Positions 46,899 through 56,212 of a stretch of 64,000 nucleotides of DNA are shown in pieces (within the stretch, counting starts at the first letter, position 1; each line of letters starts with the position of its first letter). Origin of the DNA: a virus (taxonomy: Duplodnaviria; Caudoviricetes). The DNA is taken from the IMG/VR virus record IMGVR_UViG_3300009037_000003, positions 32,001-96,000 of that record. One strand, 5' to 3'. The position numbers and the translations under genes were made by a program. Under the pieces are notes generated by a model, which worked only from the letters and a program-made list of their open reading frames with translations, searched no databases and was not told the DNA's origin.

Positions 46899-47478
46899 AA
46901 ATCAACAGCACAGACTGGCCGTAAGGAGACAGGCGGATGCCATGCAGGAAATGCAAAAGATAGGAGTACCTATAAATGACAAGCGACAGAAGATAGGTAT
47001 TATCTTTGACCATCTTGGTGCTAGTCAATGTGCGTATTTCGGTATTACGAATATCAATAATATATGTCGTACATATGCCGGTATCGATATCGTGATATTT
47101 ACGCCGCATGTCATACCTCCGTGCATAAAGCCATTATGTCCCGTGTTCAATCTATCGTTTCTTGTGTCATGGGATGGTAGTCCGTTGATAACAACATGTC
47201 CATTTACTACGACCATAGGGCTAAGTACACGTTGCCACAATTTATACTATTACGCATTCAGTGTCGATCATGTAAATATCCATAATGATTACAAGAAGTT
47301 AAAATCGACTATTACTGATCCACGAGTCAAGACACTAGTTCAGTGTCCTGATCACAAATCGCTACTAGAGCAGGAATTCGACATATCGGTTTATGATACG
47401 ATAGTGCCAGATTTTGATTTAGAAAAATTGGTCCGGATAGTGATGGAGGATACAAATGCCGGACATCCCAATATATAA
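46885..47478 (+). CDS. hypothetical protein in the GT cluster
   Basis: Coupled ORF; possible GT-B half-domain. Confidence 0.55.
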   Translation: MKKVKNQQHRLAVRRQADAMQEMQKIGVPINDKRQKIGIIFDHLGASQCAYFGITNINNICRTYAGIDIVIFTPHVIPPCIKPLCPVFNLSFLVSWDGSPLITTCPFTTTIGLSTRCHNLYYYAFSVDHVNIHNDYKKLKSTITDPRVKTLVQCPDHKSLLEQEFDISVYDTIVPDFDLEKLVRIVMEDTNAGHPNI

Positions 47479-48328
47479 GGCAAGTAAGAATGAAATAATC
47501 TCCATGCTTTTATCGGTCGGTTATTCTGATAGAAGTTTACGGGATGGCGTTGGCAAGATGTTGTCAAAATCCCAATTAGCAAAAAAGCTACGAGACTACA
47601 AAATAGACCATAAACCACGAAAAGTAATGAACGATATCGAAGACGAGATAGGGAAACCAGTACGTCAACCAAAGGAGCAATCGGTGGAAGAAACTACATT
47701 ATCTAGCACCCCAAATATGACAGATCAGGGATGGACCCAATATGTTCTTGGGCGGTTTTTCGACGAAGAATTAGACGGACAGAACCCGAGAGTAGAAGGG
47801 CTCAGAAGAGTTGCTAGCTTGCTAGTAGGCGATATAGTAGAGGAAGGATGCGAATTGATACAGGGACCGTGTAGCGATAATGGATATCGTGCATGTGCCA
47901 AAGCGTGGGCGGTGTTTGATACAATTCGCGGAAAGAAACGATTTGAAGCATTGGCGGATGCTTGTCCCGAAAACTGTAGCGAAGGATATACCACCTACAT
48001 AACTGCCATTGCGGATACGCGAGCAAAAGGAAGAGTATATAGGAACGCACTGTATCTACACAGAGTGGTAGCGGCTGAAGAGTTATCGGAATTTACGAAT
48101 ACCCAGTCGGTCAAAATAGAACATAACTGTGCGTCGGAACTGGCCCGACCAGGGCAGATATCCATGATAACCTTGATGTTGCAAAAAACACAGCATGATC
48201 CTAAGACAATTTTGGGAGAACTCGGGATTCCGTACGTCGAAGGGATAAACGGCGAAGTCGAATGGAAAAAGCTTTCCTATCAGCAAGCATTGGATTTTAT
48301 GAACACCCTTAGAGCAAAGAAGGCCTAA
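47456..48328 (+). CDS. putative single-strand annealing protein (Rad52/Sak-like)
   Basis: EGLRRVA, F..LADA, AIADTRAKGRVYRNAL...VAAEEL, C-terminal LSYQQA tail. Confidence 0.55.
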   Translation: MPDIPIYKASKNEIISMLLSVGYSDRSLRDGVGKMLSKSQLAKKLRDYKIDHKPRKVMNDIEDEIGKPVRQPKEQSVEETTLSSTPNMTDQGWTQYVLGRFFDEELDGQNPRVEGLRRVASLLVGDIVEEGCELIQGPCSDNGYRACAKAWAVFDTIRGKKRFEALADACPENCSEGYTTYITAIADTRAKGRVYRNALYLHRVVAAEELSEFTNTQSVKIEHNCASELARPGQISMITLMLQKTQHDPKTILGELGIPYVEGINGEVEWKKLSYQQALDFMNTLRAKKA

Positions 48329-48331
48329 TCT

Positions 48332-48823
48332 ATGACAGAACAAAAATTCTTACGAGCACTAGATTTTTACAAACCGAAAAACAATGGGGCCGGAGCGGCA
48401 TCACAGTGGAGCATCGGATCAAAACGGGATTGTGTATTTTTAGAAATGGCTAGTCAAACTACCTCACAGGATGATATTGCCAGATTTGATTGGGATAAAA
48501 AAATCAAATTTAAACTTGATACGACAGATATCGGAGAGATATTAACGGTGATTAGTGGTTATTCGTCGGGGATAGGCCCATTGGAAAAGGATGGCTCCAA
48601 GCACAAGGGGCTATTCCATTCGAGCAAATCTGGTAACGCAGTTCTAAAGTTCTCGTGCATGACAGATGAAGAGCATGGGACGAGACTGTACTATATTGCT
48701 CTTAGTGTCAAGAACGCCGTAACCGATGCCGTTAAGACCGTTTCGCATACTCTGACAGAGGCAGAGGTCATTGTCTTGGGAACAGCTTTGAGAAAAAGCA
48801 TCGAAGCTATTCTTGACTGGTAG
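48332..48823 (+). CDS. Whirly/PC4-like ssDNA-binding protein
   Basis: FYK...AA, FDWDKKIKFKLDTTDIGEIL, LFH, YYIALSVKN, TEAEVIVL...ILDW in the same order as plant Whirly motifs. Confidence 0.7.
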   Translation: MTEQKFLRALDFYKPKNNGAGAASQWSIGSKRDCVFLEMASQTTSQDDIARFDWDKKIKFKLDTTDIGEILTVISGYSSGIGPLEKDGSKHKGLFHSSKSGNAVLKFSCMTDEEHGTRLYYIALSVKNAVTDAVKTVSHTLTEAEVIVLGTALRKSIEAILDW

Positions 48824-49079
48824 GAGACTTATCCTCAATTCTTTCTACGAGAGCCTGCAAGACTCGAACATCGGTTCGCAAATCGCTAATTGCATCAACG
48901 AGATCGGAGATCGACTGGTTAAGGTCTCTGATCTCTTGCTGTTTGAGTTGAAGGTCTAAAATGGCATCTTTGGTGTGCTGAAACTCGCCACCCATAGAAA
49001 ACGCAGTACCTGCTACACCTCCAACTACACCTAGTAACAAACCGATAGCGCTTTGCCACGGGGCTATTTTCTTTACCAT
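48807..49079 (-). CDS. small membrane protein with coiled coil (possible lysis protein)
   Basis: GGAGG RBS; TM AIGLLLGVVGGVAGTAF followed by heptads. Confidence 0.6.
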   Translation of the reverse strand: MVKKIAPWQSAIGLLLGVVGGVAGTAFSMGGEFQHTKDAILDLQLKQQEIRDLNQSISDLVDAISDLRTDVRVLQALVERIEDKSPTSQE

Positions 49080-49083
49080 TCCA

Positions 49084-49398
49084 TCATCCTCCATCTATCT
49101 TATCAAGAATTGCTGTTTCCCAATCGTTTCTGGTGATGATTAGAAAATTCATTCTACGCTTCCGATAGAACTCTTCCTTTTTAACCAGTTTTAGGTCCGT
49201 ACGAACTTCCATCAAGCCGTCGTACTCTATCCATAGATCAAACTGAGGAAGATAAAAATCACAGAATCCGCGACTCGGTTTAGGCAGCTTCTTATGGGCT
49301 TCATATACTATACCATTACCCATAAGCCAATCTGCAACTCTTGATTCAGATTCCGAATCGTACAACTCGCCGTCTAACCCTATCGCCTTTTTCCACAT
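49084..49398 (-). CDS. small PD-(D/E)XK endonuclease
   Basis: YDSESESRVADWL...CDFYLP...WIEYDG. Confidence 0.75.
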   Translation of the reverse strand: MWKKAIGLDGELYDSESESRVADWLMGNGIVYEAHKKLPKPSRGFCDFYLPQFDLWIEYDGLMEVRTDLKLVKKEEFYRKRRMNFLIITRNDWETAILDKIDGG

Positions 49399-49410
49399 AA
49401 GCTGTTTCTA

Positions 49411-49460
49411 TAAAAAAAAGAATGAAGCTATGATCGTTGGCTGAATCAATGCTTCATTCT
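49411..49460 (-). terminator. Rho-independent terminator
   Basis: Perfect 10 bp inverted repeat AGAATGAAGC (49419-28)/GCTTCATTCT (49451-60) with inner TGAT/ATCA; followed on the - strand by a T-run (A8 at 49412-19). Confidence 0.75.
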
Positions 49461-49482
49461 AGTGTGTCCATCATGCTATGTC

Positions 49483-50121
49483 TTATAGATATTCTAATTG
49501 ACAATACATACCGAATGATGTTTTTGAGCCGATGCTCGTAGGACTAGCCGAAATACCGACATACCAATCGTGTCTGGTGTCTTCTGTATCAACCCCGTTC
49601 GGTGACAATCCACCGCTACCTGGACTGCTTAACAGATTTACCACGACACCGTCGCCTGATGGCGTGATCCATCCGGGATGACTCGCCGGTGCTACTGCTG
49701 TACCAGTCGAGCTAACACCAGAGCCGCCATTGCAAATTTGTACTACTTGCGTTAACACGCCTACCGCCCCAGCGGTAATATCTGATCTATCGTAGATACG
49801 AAGTTCGCAGTTTTGTGTCTTGACGGCACTATCAAAAGTAAATCTGATATTGAGTGTTCCGGACTCGATTGGTACGCCAGACGGATCGATCGCTGTATCG
49901 CCGTTGATGATCACTCCGCTAGCTACTGTGTCAAACTTACAGTTAGTTAGCGATGGTCCCTCTAGTGTTCCGTTGGAACTACAAACAAAAGTGCTATCCT
50001 GATATTCGCCAACTTGCACTGATGTTCCGAAAGATGTTCCGAAAAAGCCGACGCCAGACGAACCAATAGAGTTATACGTACCACCACCCTCGCCACCATA
50101 AAAAGCAATTGTTGCTGCCAT
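49483..50121 (-). CDS. putative virion structural protein, paralogue of 53528..54163
   Basis: Own promoter motif and terminator; ends HDWYVGISASPTSIGSKTSFGMYCQLEYL. Confidence 0.7.
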   Translation of the reverse strand: MAATIAFYGGEGGGTYNSIGSSGVGFFGTSFGTSVQVGEYQDSTFVCSSNGTLEGPSLTNCKFDTVASGVIINGDTAIDPSGVPIESGTLNIRFTFDSAVKTQNCELRIYDRSDITAGAVGVLTQVVQICNGGSGVSSTGTAVAPASHPGWITPSGDGVVVNLLSSPGSGGLSPNGVDTEDTRHDWYVGISASPTSIGSKTSFGMYCQLEYL

Positions 50122-50154
50122 ATTTACACCCCCTTTCAAAGGTTCAACCGGTTT

Positions 50155-50164
50155 ATTATACACC
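50155..50164 (-). promoter_or_regulatory. putative late promoter GGTGTATAAT
   Basis: In short intergenic gap upstream of a structural gene. Confidence 0.55.
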
Positions 50165-50169
50165 AGCCG

Positions 50170-53100
50170 TTAGTTATCGTCGGATCCAAGCCAATTCTGC
50201 GGGGCTTCATGTATTCCGTCGCTTATATAACCAGAAGCATTATGTCGCAGCCATATTTCCTCGGCTTTTGTAAGATAAGCTTTAGAAATGCCGGAAGGTA
50301 AAGTGCCGTTTTGCCACGAGATAATGTAGTTAGCCAATTCTTCCGAACTGATAATATTATTAGAGTCAATATCTGCAGGGTGAATGTCATTACCGTCGGA
50401 CGAACCTAGAACGCAGAACGCTCCGTCGAAACAAGCCATGTTTGATGTTCCTCCAAGATTCCCTCCAGGAGAAATATCACTTTCTGTATTTCTGAGAGCT
50501 GTGAACGTAAATCGTATCGACCGTGTGCCAGAAGGAACTCGAACGGTAGTGCTATTTAGATGCCAACCAGCGGTTCCATCTGGTCCAAACGTATATCCAG
50601 ACAGCAAAACATCTGAATAAAATTCGAATTTGCCCTCTCCGGTGTCGTTAATCGTTTTTTCTGTAGTAGTCTGGTATAAGCCGATATAGGCATTAATTAA
50701 TCCACTATCTATAGCGGACGTAGATATACCTGCATCTATCAGGTCTATGTCTTGCCATACCGACCCAGATGGGAGGTTGGGTGCCTGAAAATAATAGTCG
50801 TGGTCATCATAGGATTCGGGGAAAGAGTAATCGAGAGTGTCGTCGGGGTGCGTGACAGCATAGTTCATCACCGAAGATGGACTGAAAGGATGGAAGCAGC
50901 TATCTGGATCTAATTCGAAATCGAACACTCTCTGTGGGGCATTTATTATCCACGTAGTTCCATTAACGCCGCTAACACTGGGCTTTATAATATTAGAGAG
51001 AGCAGCGGCCTGCATTCCTTCTACCGAACTATGTGTCGACTGATTATACAGATGTAGGGGAATAACATACAAAGTCGTATAGTCATAGACAACATACGGA
51101 TATCTATCCAACGGCGATAGGTTTCCATCCGTAGGAAATTTTTTCGTATTCCACTGTAGCACAGGATATCCGAGGAACGTATAATAATTACCATCACAGT
51201 CTTCTATGATTTCGTTCCGCATTGGGTATCTTATAGGCGTTTCTGGCTCTATAGAATCAATTGTGTATACCCAAACGACTGGAAAGTATTCATCGAACTT
51301 GCGGTACTCGTCACCAGGAATAACTTCGCCGTTTATATATCTTATCTTGTATTCGAAGTCTATGGTACCGCTATATCGAGCACCAGAAATGATAGCTTGT
51401 CCGTCTTGCGTCTTTGTGTGTGTTCGGCGAATCGTTGGGGATGGGGAAACATTCCAAATGTTTATATCACGTTCCCCGTAATACATCTTTTTTGTCCCCA
51501 TATAGAACGGAAGATCGTCAGCGACAGACCATGATAATAGATTTTCGCCGAGTTCGCCGGATGAAACATCTTTATTGCTACCATGCTCAACGACCAAAAA
51601 GATTGTGTAGCATGTAGCAGTATCGCCGCTGGAGTGCGTTCCATGACTAACGCCTATCTGTATTTCGTCTAAATCTGCCCATGTCCACGGCAATCCCGTT
51701 ACTGGGTTGTATGGCCAATCGCACATCGAAAAACCGTTTGCTATTGTAGCAGATCCGTTATGATATGCCCGGAAATTTTTATCCCCTGGACATTGATTGT
51801 CAGATACATAGTCGGCATATGTAATTCCGGACGGAACACGTATTATGTGGTATTGACAGTCGATCGGTTCAACGCTTCCGATAGTGTGATCCTGTATGCA
51901 TGTCCAGATACGATAAATCGGTTGCAATGGTGAGCCGTTTGGCAAATAGTCTTTTATACCGCCCAAGCCGTATCCGCCAGCTAATGGCTGTTTACCTGAA
52001 ATTGCCGGTGGACGTTTCAAATAAAATAACGATTGATTGCCAGCTACGGTAGATGAAATACGTGGATCATCTTGATTAACAGAAAAAGGATTGCTTTCAT
52101 TAGGTTGCAAGCATTGATAAGCATAATCTACATCATAATCTGGATAGATAGTACGATTGCCGGTAGCTGTCGTATAATCTTGTGATTCGCCATTCCAGTC
52201 TATATGCACGACAGTCAACTTAGTACCGTGCGGAATCATGCTATCGGTTGGCGCGCCATATCTAGGGGGTGCTTCTACGAAATACGGATCACCGCTAGGA
52301 ACCAGCGCCCCCAATGGGTATTGAGGAAACCATGTATCGTGTTTTCTATCGGTTTCTGCTTCCCAGAAATTCGGATCCATTTGCATGGCCGTGAACTGTA
52401 GTTTATATCGCGGGTCCCATACTAGACTGGGATCATTTGAGAAGACCGGATCAAAGATCTTTGATGGATATGATCCACTGGGTTCTCGGATATCGTTCAT
52501 TATGATGTTGTTGTAGAAAAATCTACCAGTAGACGCATCGTCCGGATCGGAATCTACTACGGAATAGCCTAGGAAAACGCTTTGTTGTGATGTGAAAGTA
52601 CTTTGTTCGTTAACTATATTCGTAGTATGCTGGATGTCCAGTTCCCCGTTAACCCACACATATACCATACCAAGATTAGCACCGTAGAAATACTGGCCGC
52701 TTCCAAAATTGACAGGTGGCCAAATACTCTGATCATTTCCTGGCAACATGGTGTTAGGGAATTTAGGATGACCATTGGCAGGCCACTGATCCATTTGCAG
52801 GGGCCTGTTGTAGTTCTCGCTTTCTGCGTCGCGGATAGATGGACAAGTGCCAGGATTGCTTTCATAAGCTTCGAAAAACGGAACAAATGAATCGACGAAT
52901 TTGGGGACTAGCGATGTGCCTATTTCGCTGATATCCCACCCCTGACAGGCGTGGACAAAGATCTGTATTTCGTGCCACTTGTTTGGGGCAAGGTAAATAT
53001 TGCCGAGTCTATTGTCGCTATTCGGCATCCATGCCGTAGGCAGGTAACCAGTTTCGGGCTGTTGCACATGCCAGCTACCGATAACTTCTAAATATCCGTT

Positions 53101-53526
53101 AACAAGACTTATTGTAAGATCTTCTGAATCCTCATCTCCAAGACCGGTTTTTGTTCTTTGCACGACAACAACACTGCCGCCAGGAGTGTTGGTATACATG
53201 AAATCAAACTTCAGATAAAATGCACGAACATCAAGCGGTGTTGCTAGCGTATCGCCAAATCCACCAGTGTATAGTCTACATGCGTTAGTTGGTTCATCGT
53301 GTGACCAGGTCTCTAGACAGTATTTGCCGTGACCTCCAAGAACCCCGTATCTACTATATATTTCATCGTGTGAAACTATCTGGGCATTGTCTGTCGTCGT
53401 ATTTGGAATACTGCCAGTACTGTTGTTCCACCCAGTATACGCATACGGAAAGTTCCCCTTGATTTGCGAATCGATAGCGCCGGTATGTTCTAAACCGAAA
53501 CCGAAATGTAGAGTGTACATTCTCAT
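50170..53526 (-). CDS. large putative virion protein with lectin-like domains and C-terminal EF-hand/dockerin-like motif
   Basis: LamG-like WHEIQI...VWVNGEL; galactose-binding-like WQDIDL...VPSGTRSIRF; HPADIDSNNIISSEEL. Start could be 53547. Confidence 0.65.
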   Translation of the reverse strand: MRMYTLHFGFGLEHTGAIDSQIKGNFPYAYTGWNNSTGSIPNTTTDNAQIVSHDEIYSRYGVLGGHGKYCLETWSHDEPTNACRLYTGGFGDTLATPLDVRAFYLKFDFMYTNTPGGSVVVVQRTKTGLGDEDSEDLTISLVNGYLEVIGSWHVQQPETGYLPTAWMPNSDNRLGNIYLAPNKWHEIQIFVHACQGWDISEIGTSLVPKFVDSFVPFFEAYESNPGTCPSIRDAESENYNRPLQMDQWPANGHPKFPNTMLPGNDQSIWPPVNFGSGQYFYGANLGMVYVWVNGELDIQHTTNIVNEQSTFTSQQSVFLGYSVVDSDPDDASTGRFFYNNIIMNDIREPSGSYPSKIFDPVFSNDPSLVWDPRYKLQFTAMQMDPNFWEAETDRKHDTWFPQYPLGALVPSGDPYFVEAPPRYGAPTDSMIPHGTKLTVVHIDWNGESQDYTTATGNRTIYPDYDVDYAYQCLQPNESNPFSVNQDDPRISSTVAGNQSLFYLKRPPAISGKQPLAGGYGLGGIKDYLPNGSPLQPIYRIWTCIQDHTIGSVEPIDCQYHIIRVPSGITYADYVSDNQCPGDKNFRAYHNGSATIANGFSMCDWPYNPVTGLPWTWADLDEIQIGVSHGTHSSGDTATCYTIFLVVEHGSNKDVSSGELGENLLSWSVADDLPFYMGTKKMYYGERDINIWNVSPSPTIRRTHTKTQDGQAIISGARYSGTIDFEYKIRYINGEVIPGDEYRKFDEYFPVVWVYTIDSIEPETPIRYPMRNEIIEDCDGNYYTFLGYPVLQWNTKKFPTDGNLSPLDRYPYVVYDYTTLYVIPLHLYNQSTHSSVEGMQAAALSNIIKPSVSGVNGTTWIINAPQRVFDFELDPDSCFHPFSPSSVMNYAVTHPDDTLDYSFPESYDDHDYYFQAPNLPSGSVWQDIDLIDAGISTSAIDSGLINAYIGLYQTTTEKTINDTGEGKFEFYSDVLLSGYTFGPDGTAGWHLNSTTVRVPSGTRSIRFTFTALRNTESDISPGGNLGGTSNMACFDGAFCVLGSSDGNDIHPADIDSNNIISSEELANYIISWQNGTLPSGISKAYLTKAEEIWLRHNASGYISDGIHEAPQNWLGSDDN

Positions 53527-53527
53527 G

Positions 53528-54163
53528 TTATAGGTATTCGAGCTCAAAACTCATGCCGAAACTTTTATCACCAAGTTGAGTTGGTGAACAGGTAAGGGCT
53601 ACATACCAATCATGGGTCTCGCTTAATTGCTCGAATCCACCCTGTCGAACGCCATTCAGTCCTGGTGAATTCACCAATGCTATGTAGTTCGAACCGACTT
53701 CACTAAGGTCAGACCAAACTGCATCGCTATATGTACTTGTGACGGATTGCAATCTACTTGGATGGCGGATTTCTGCAGCAAAAAACGCGATACCCGTAGC
53801 CGGTATCGTTTTGTTAGCCAAAGAGCCAGTAAATGTTCCATCGAAAATCCATAGTTTAACCTGCTGGCAATATGCTGCCGAGCCATGAGTAAATCTCAAA
53901 TTTATTGTAGCTAATTCGTTCGGTAAGTTCGATAATAATATTCCACTTCCAGTTTGTCCATGAATAACTCCGGAATCTGAAACCCATTTATTATTATTAC
54001 ACTCGAACCCCTGAGTTGTTCCATCGCTATTTACAACAAATGTATGGCCATTGTATTCGCCTATGGATACAGGATCGTCGAATCCATTGTCACCGAAGAA
54101 TCCGATACCGGATCCCGTGGTGACAAGAACATTTTCACCAGCATATAATTCTACTAAAGCCAT
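53528..54163 (-). CDS. putative virion structural protein, paralogue of 49483..50121
   Basis: SGIGFFG...GEY..TF....GT, TINLRFT, SPG..G, HDWYV..SP...K.FG...LEYL. Confidence 0.7.
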   Translation of the reverse strand: MALVELYAGENVLVTTGSGIGFFGDNGFDDPVSIGEYNGHTFVVNSDGTTQGFECNNNKWVSDSGVIHGQTGSGILLSNLPNELATINLRFTHGSAAYCQQVKLWIFDGTFTGSLANKTIPATGIAFFAAEIRHPSRLQSVTSTYSDAVWSDLSEVGSNYIALVNSPGLNGVRQGGFEQLSETHDWYVALTCSPTQLGDKSFGMSFELEYL

Positions 54164-54177
54164 ATGTTTCTCCCATT

Positions 54178-54186
54178 ATTATACAC
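54178..54186 (-). promoter_or_regulatory. putative late promoter GTGTATAAT
   Basis: Directly upstream of GGAGA RBS and ATG 54163. Confidence 0.55.
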
Positions 54187-56204
54187 TACTCTTCAGGCGT
54201 TCCGCCATCGTCATCATCCGACGCTTCTTCGGGTCTATGGGTTTGCGGATCTGTAAATTCGAAATAATGTACTATCTCATCAAAGATTGCTTCGTCGCCC
54301 TCGTCGGGCGACGGAGGGATGATACGTACCCAGCTATACAGATCGTCACAGAATAATGGCTGATCATCAGTTATATTCTCGGTTAGGACTAATGTTTTCA
54401 GCATATTTAGATTCTGGACAATAAACCTAGCTCTGACATTATTACAGCCTGGTTGTAATTCGACTGAAATTTCATGCAACATCGTCGTCGATTCTTCCCA
54501 GTCGATAGTATCACCGAATTGTGAATCGGGCGATACGCCAGGGTATGGATCGGCGCAGATAACTTTTTCAGATATACTAGAATAAGTATTATCATGCGAT
54601 GGTAGTCCGTGCCATGCTCTATCCCACGTAAACTCATTGGTAGCAGATACAAGTAGACACGATTGACGGCCTATAAAATCGTATGTCCATAATTGTTTCC
54701 CGTCATTTGGCTGAGGTTCCTGACCTTCTGGTAACTCCCAACCAGGTATATTGATCGGATCCAGACGATCAGCCCGGTCAAGCGTTCCAGTTGCCTGTAT
54801 TCTAATAGTCGTCGCTGTGGCTACTGTGATATTGAAACACACATCGGTGATGCAGAACATAGTCGGCATGTTGTCCGAAGGATAATAAATTTGCGGGACA
54901 GTACCAGCAACTTTTGGCACCTGTCCTGTCGGCGTATCGTTGAAGCCTTCCCACGGATTATCCCATAATGAGTCGCGATGCAGACGAACCATATACCTCA
55001 TACCGACAGCGCGCGCTGGCAAAATGTTGGTAATAGCATTTAACTCAGGTATTGATCTATATTCGTATACGTTCCTTGTAGAATCGAACGCGTGAAATTC
55101 CGGAGATCCAGTCAATAGTTTGAGAGCTGCTAATGGCGTCAAACGGGTAAAGTTTGTTCTTATAACACCGGGAACATCGTAATAGACAGGTTCCTCTTCC
55201 TCGTCTTCGGACATAATAAGTCCGACACTATTGATAGACACCTTGTCTGGTATAATTGGTTGTAGATGATCCGATTCCGGCCACGGCGTACTTATCGGAT
55301 GAATAGATGCCCCCCATTCGTCGAACGGCTGCGGAGGACGCATTGGGAAAGGTGCATTTTCCGCCTGCCACGACGACCATTCGTCCTGCGAGACAGGGAA
55401 AGATGATGCAAGTATTGATGCCGATAACAATTGATGATCATGCTGGGACACAAAACTGCCAGCATATTCATACATCTGTGACATTAGAGACTGAATAAAT
55501 TCTGGAATACCAAAATAGCTGTAAGTGTAAATCTGATCAAAAAGACCTATAAACGTGATCGGAATTATACTACCTACTTCATATGCTTGGGTGGAATCAT
55601 GATAGAATGGAGAGGTTTCTAAGTCGTATACACTTTTATCCCAATGCGAAACGATATAGCCGCCATCGCCTTCTATTGCGCACTGAATACTCCTTGGATC
55701 TTTCAATAAGTATTGATTACCTAGTGCTGTGAAGTGACTGATATATTTTGTCGGATTCTCTGTGAAAGCGATCGGATCGACATATACCGTTCCATCTTGC
55801 GATTTAAACGGTACGTCGCAGGAAATACTTCTGTCTAAAGTATTCTCTACGTTTGATCCATCATAAATGGCTTTGCATACCCTCAGACCGTAAGACATTC
55901 TATGTATGGTATCAAGTAAGCCCAATAGGTGTCCGGGATTATAATAGTTAACACCGGGGTTGCCTACGCCTAAACCTGGATAAAGATCTCTTGTGCTTGC
56001 CGGAATATATGGCGACGGAAACGGTGAGACGTATAATCTCGGATCGATGTATGTCCCACCGCATGACGCCATAGTAGTTGGAGTCGGATACAATATTCCT
56101 TGATATCCACCACATATAGCACCTATTTCTGGTGTAAATGGATGATAGCCGTGAACGGCAAGAAGTAGCATATTTGAATCGCCGAAACCTTGTAGTATTG
56201 CCAT
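54186..56204 (-). CDS. hypothetical acidic, Pro-rich protein in the structural region
   Basis: 672 aa ORF co-oriented in operon. Confidence 0.65.
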   Translation of the reverse strand: MAILQGFGDSNMLLLAVHGYHPFTPEIGAICGGYQGILYPTPTTMASCGGTYIDPRLYVSPFPSPYIPASTRDLYPGLGVGNPGVNYYNPGHLLGLLDTIHRMSYGLRVCKAIYDGSNVENTLDRSISCDVPFKSQDGTVYVDPIAFTENPTKYISHFTALGNQYLLKDPRSIQCAIEGDGGYIVSHWDKSVYDLETSPFYHDSTQAYEVGSIIPITFIGLFDQIYTYSYFGIPEFIQSLMSQMYEYAGSFVSQHDHQLLSASILASSFPVSQDEWSSWQAENAPFPMRPPQPFDEWGASIHPISTPWPESDHLQPIIPDKVSINSVGLIMSEDEEEEPVYYDVPGVIRTNFTRLTPLAALKLLTGSPEFHAFDSTRNVYEYRSIPELNAITNILPARAVGMRYMVRLHRDSLWDNPWEGFNDTPTGQVPKVAGTVPQIYYPSDNMPTMFCITDVCFNITVATATTIRIQATGTLDRADRLDPINIPGWELPEGQEPQPNDGKQLWTYDFIGRQSCLLVSATNEFTWDRAWHGLPSHDNTYSSISEKVICADPYPGVSPDSQFGDTIDWEESTTMLHEISVELQPGCNNVRARFIVQNLNMLKTLVLTENITDDQPLFCDDLYSWVRIIPPSPDEGDEAIFDEIVHYFEFTDPQTHRPEEASDDDDGGTPEE

Positions 56205-56212
56205 AAACCCCT

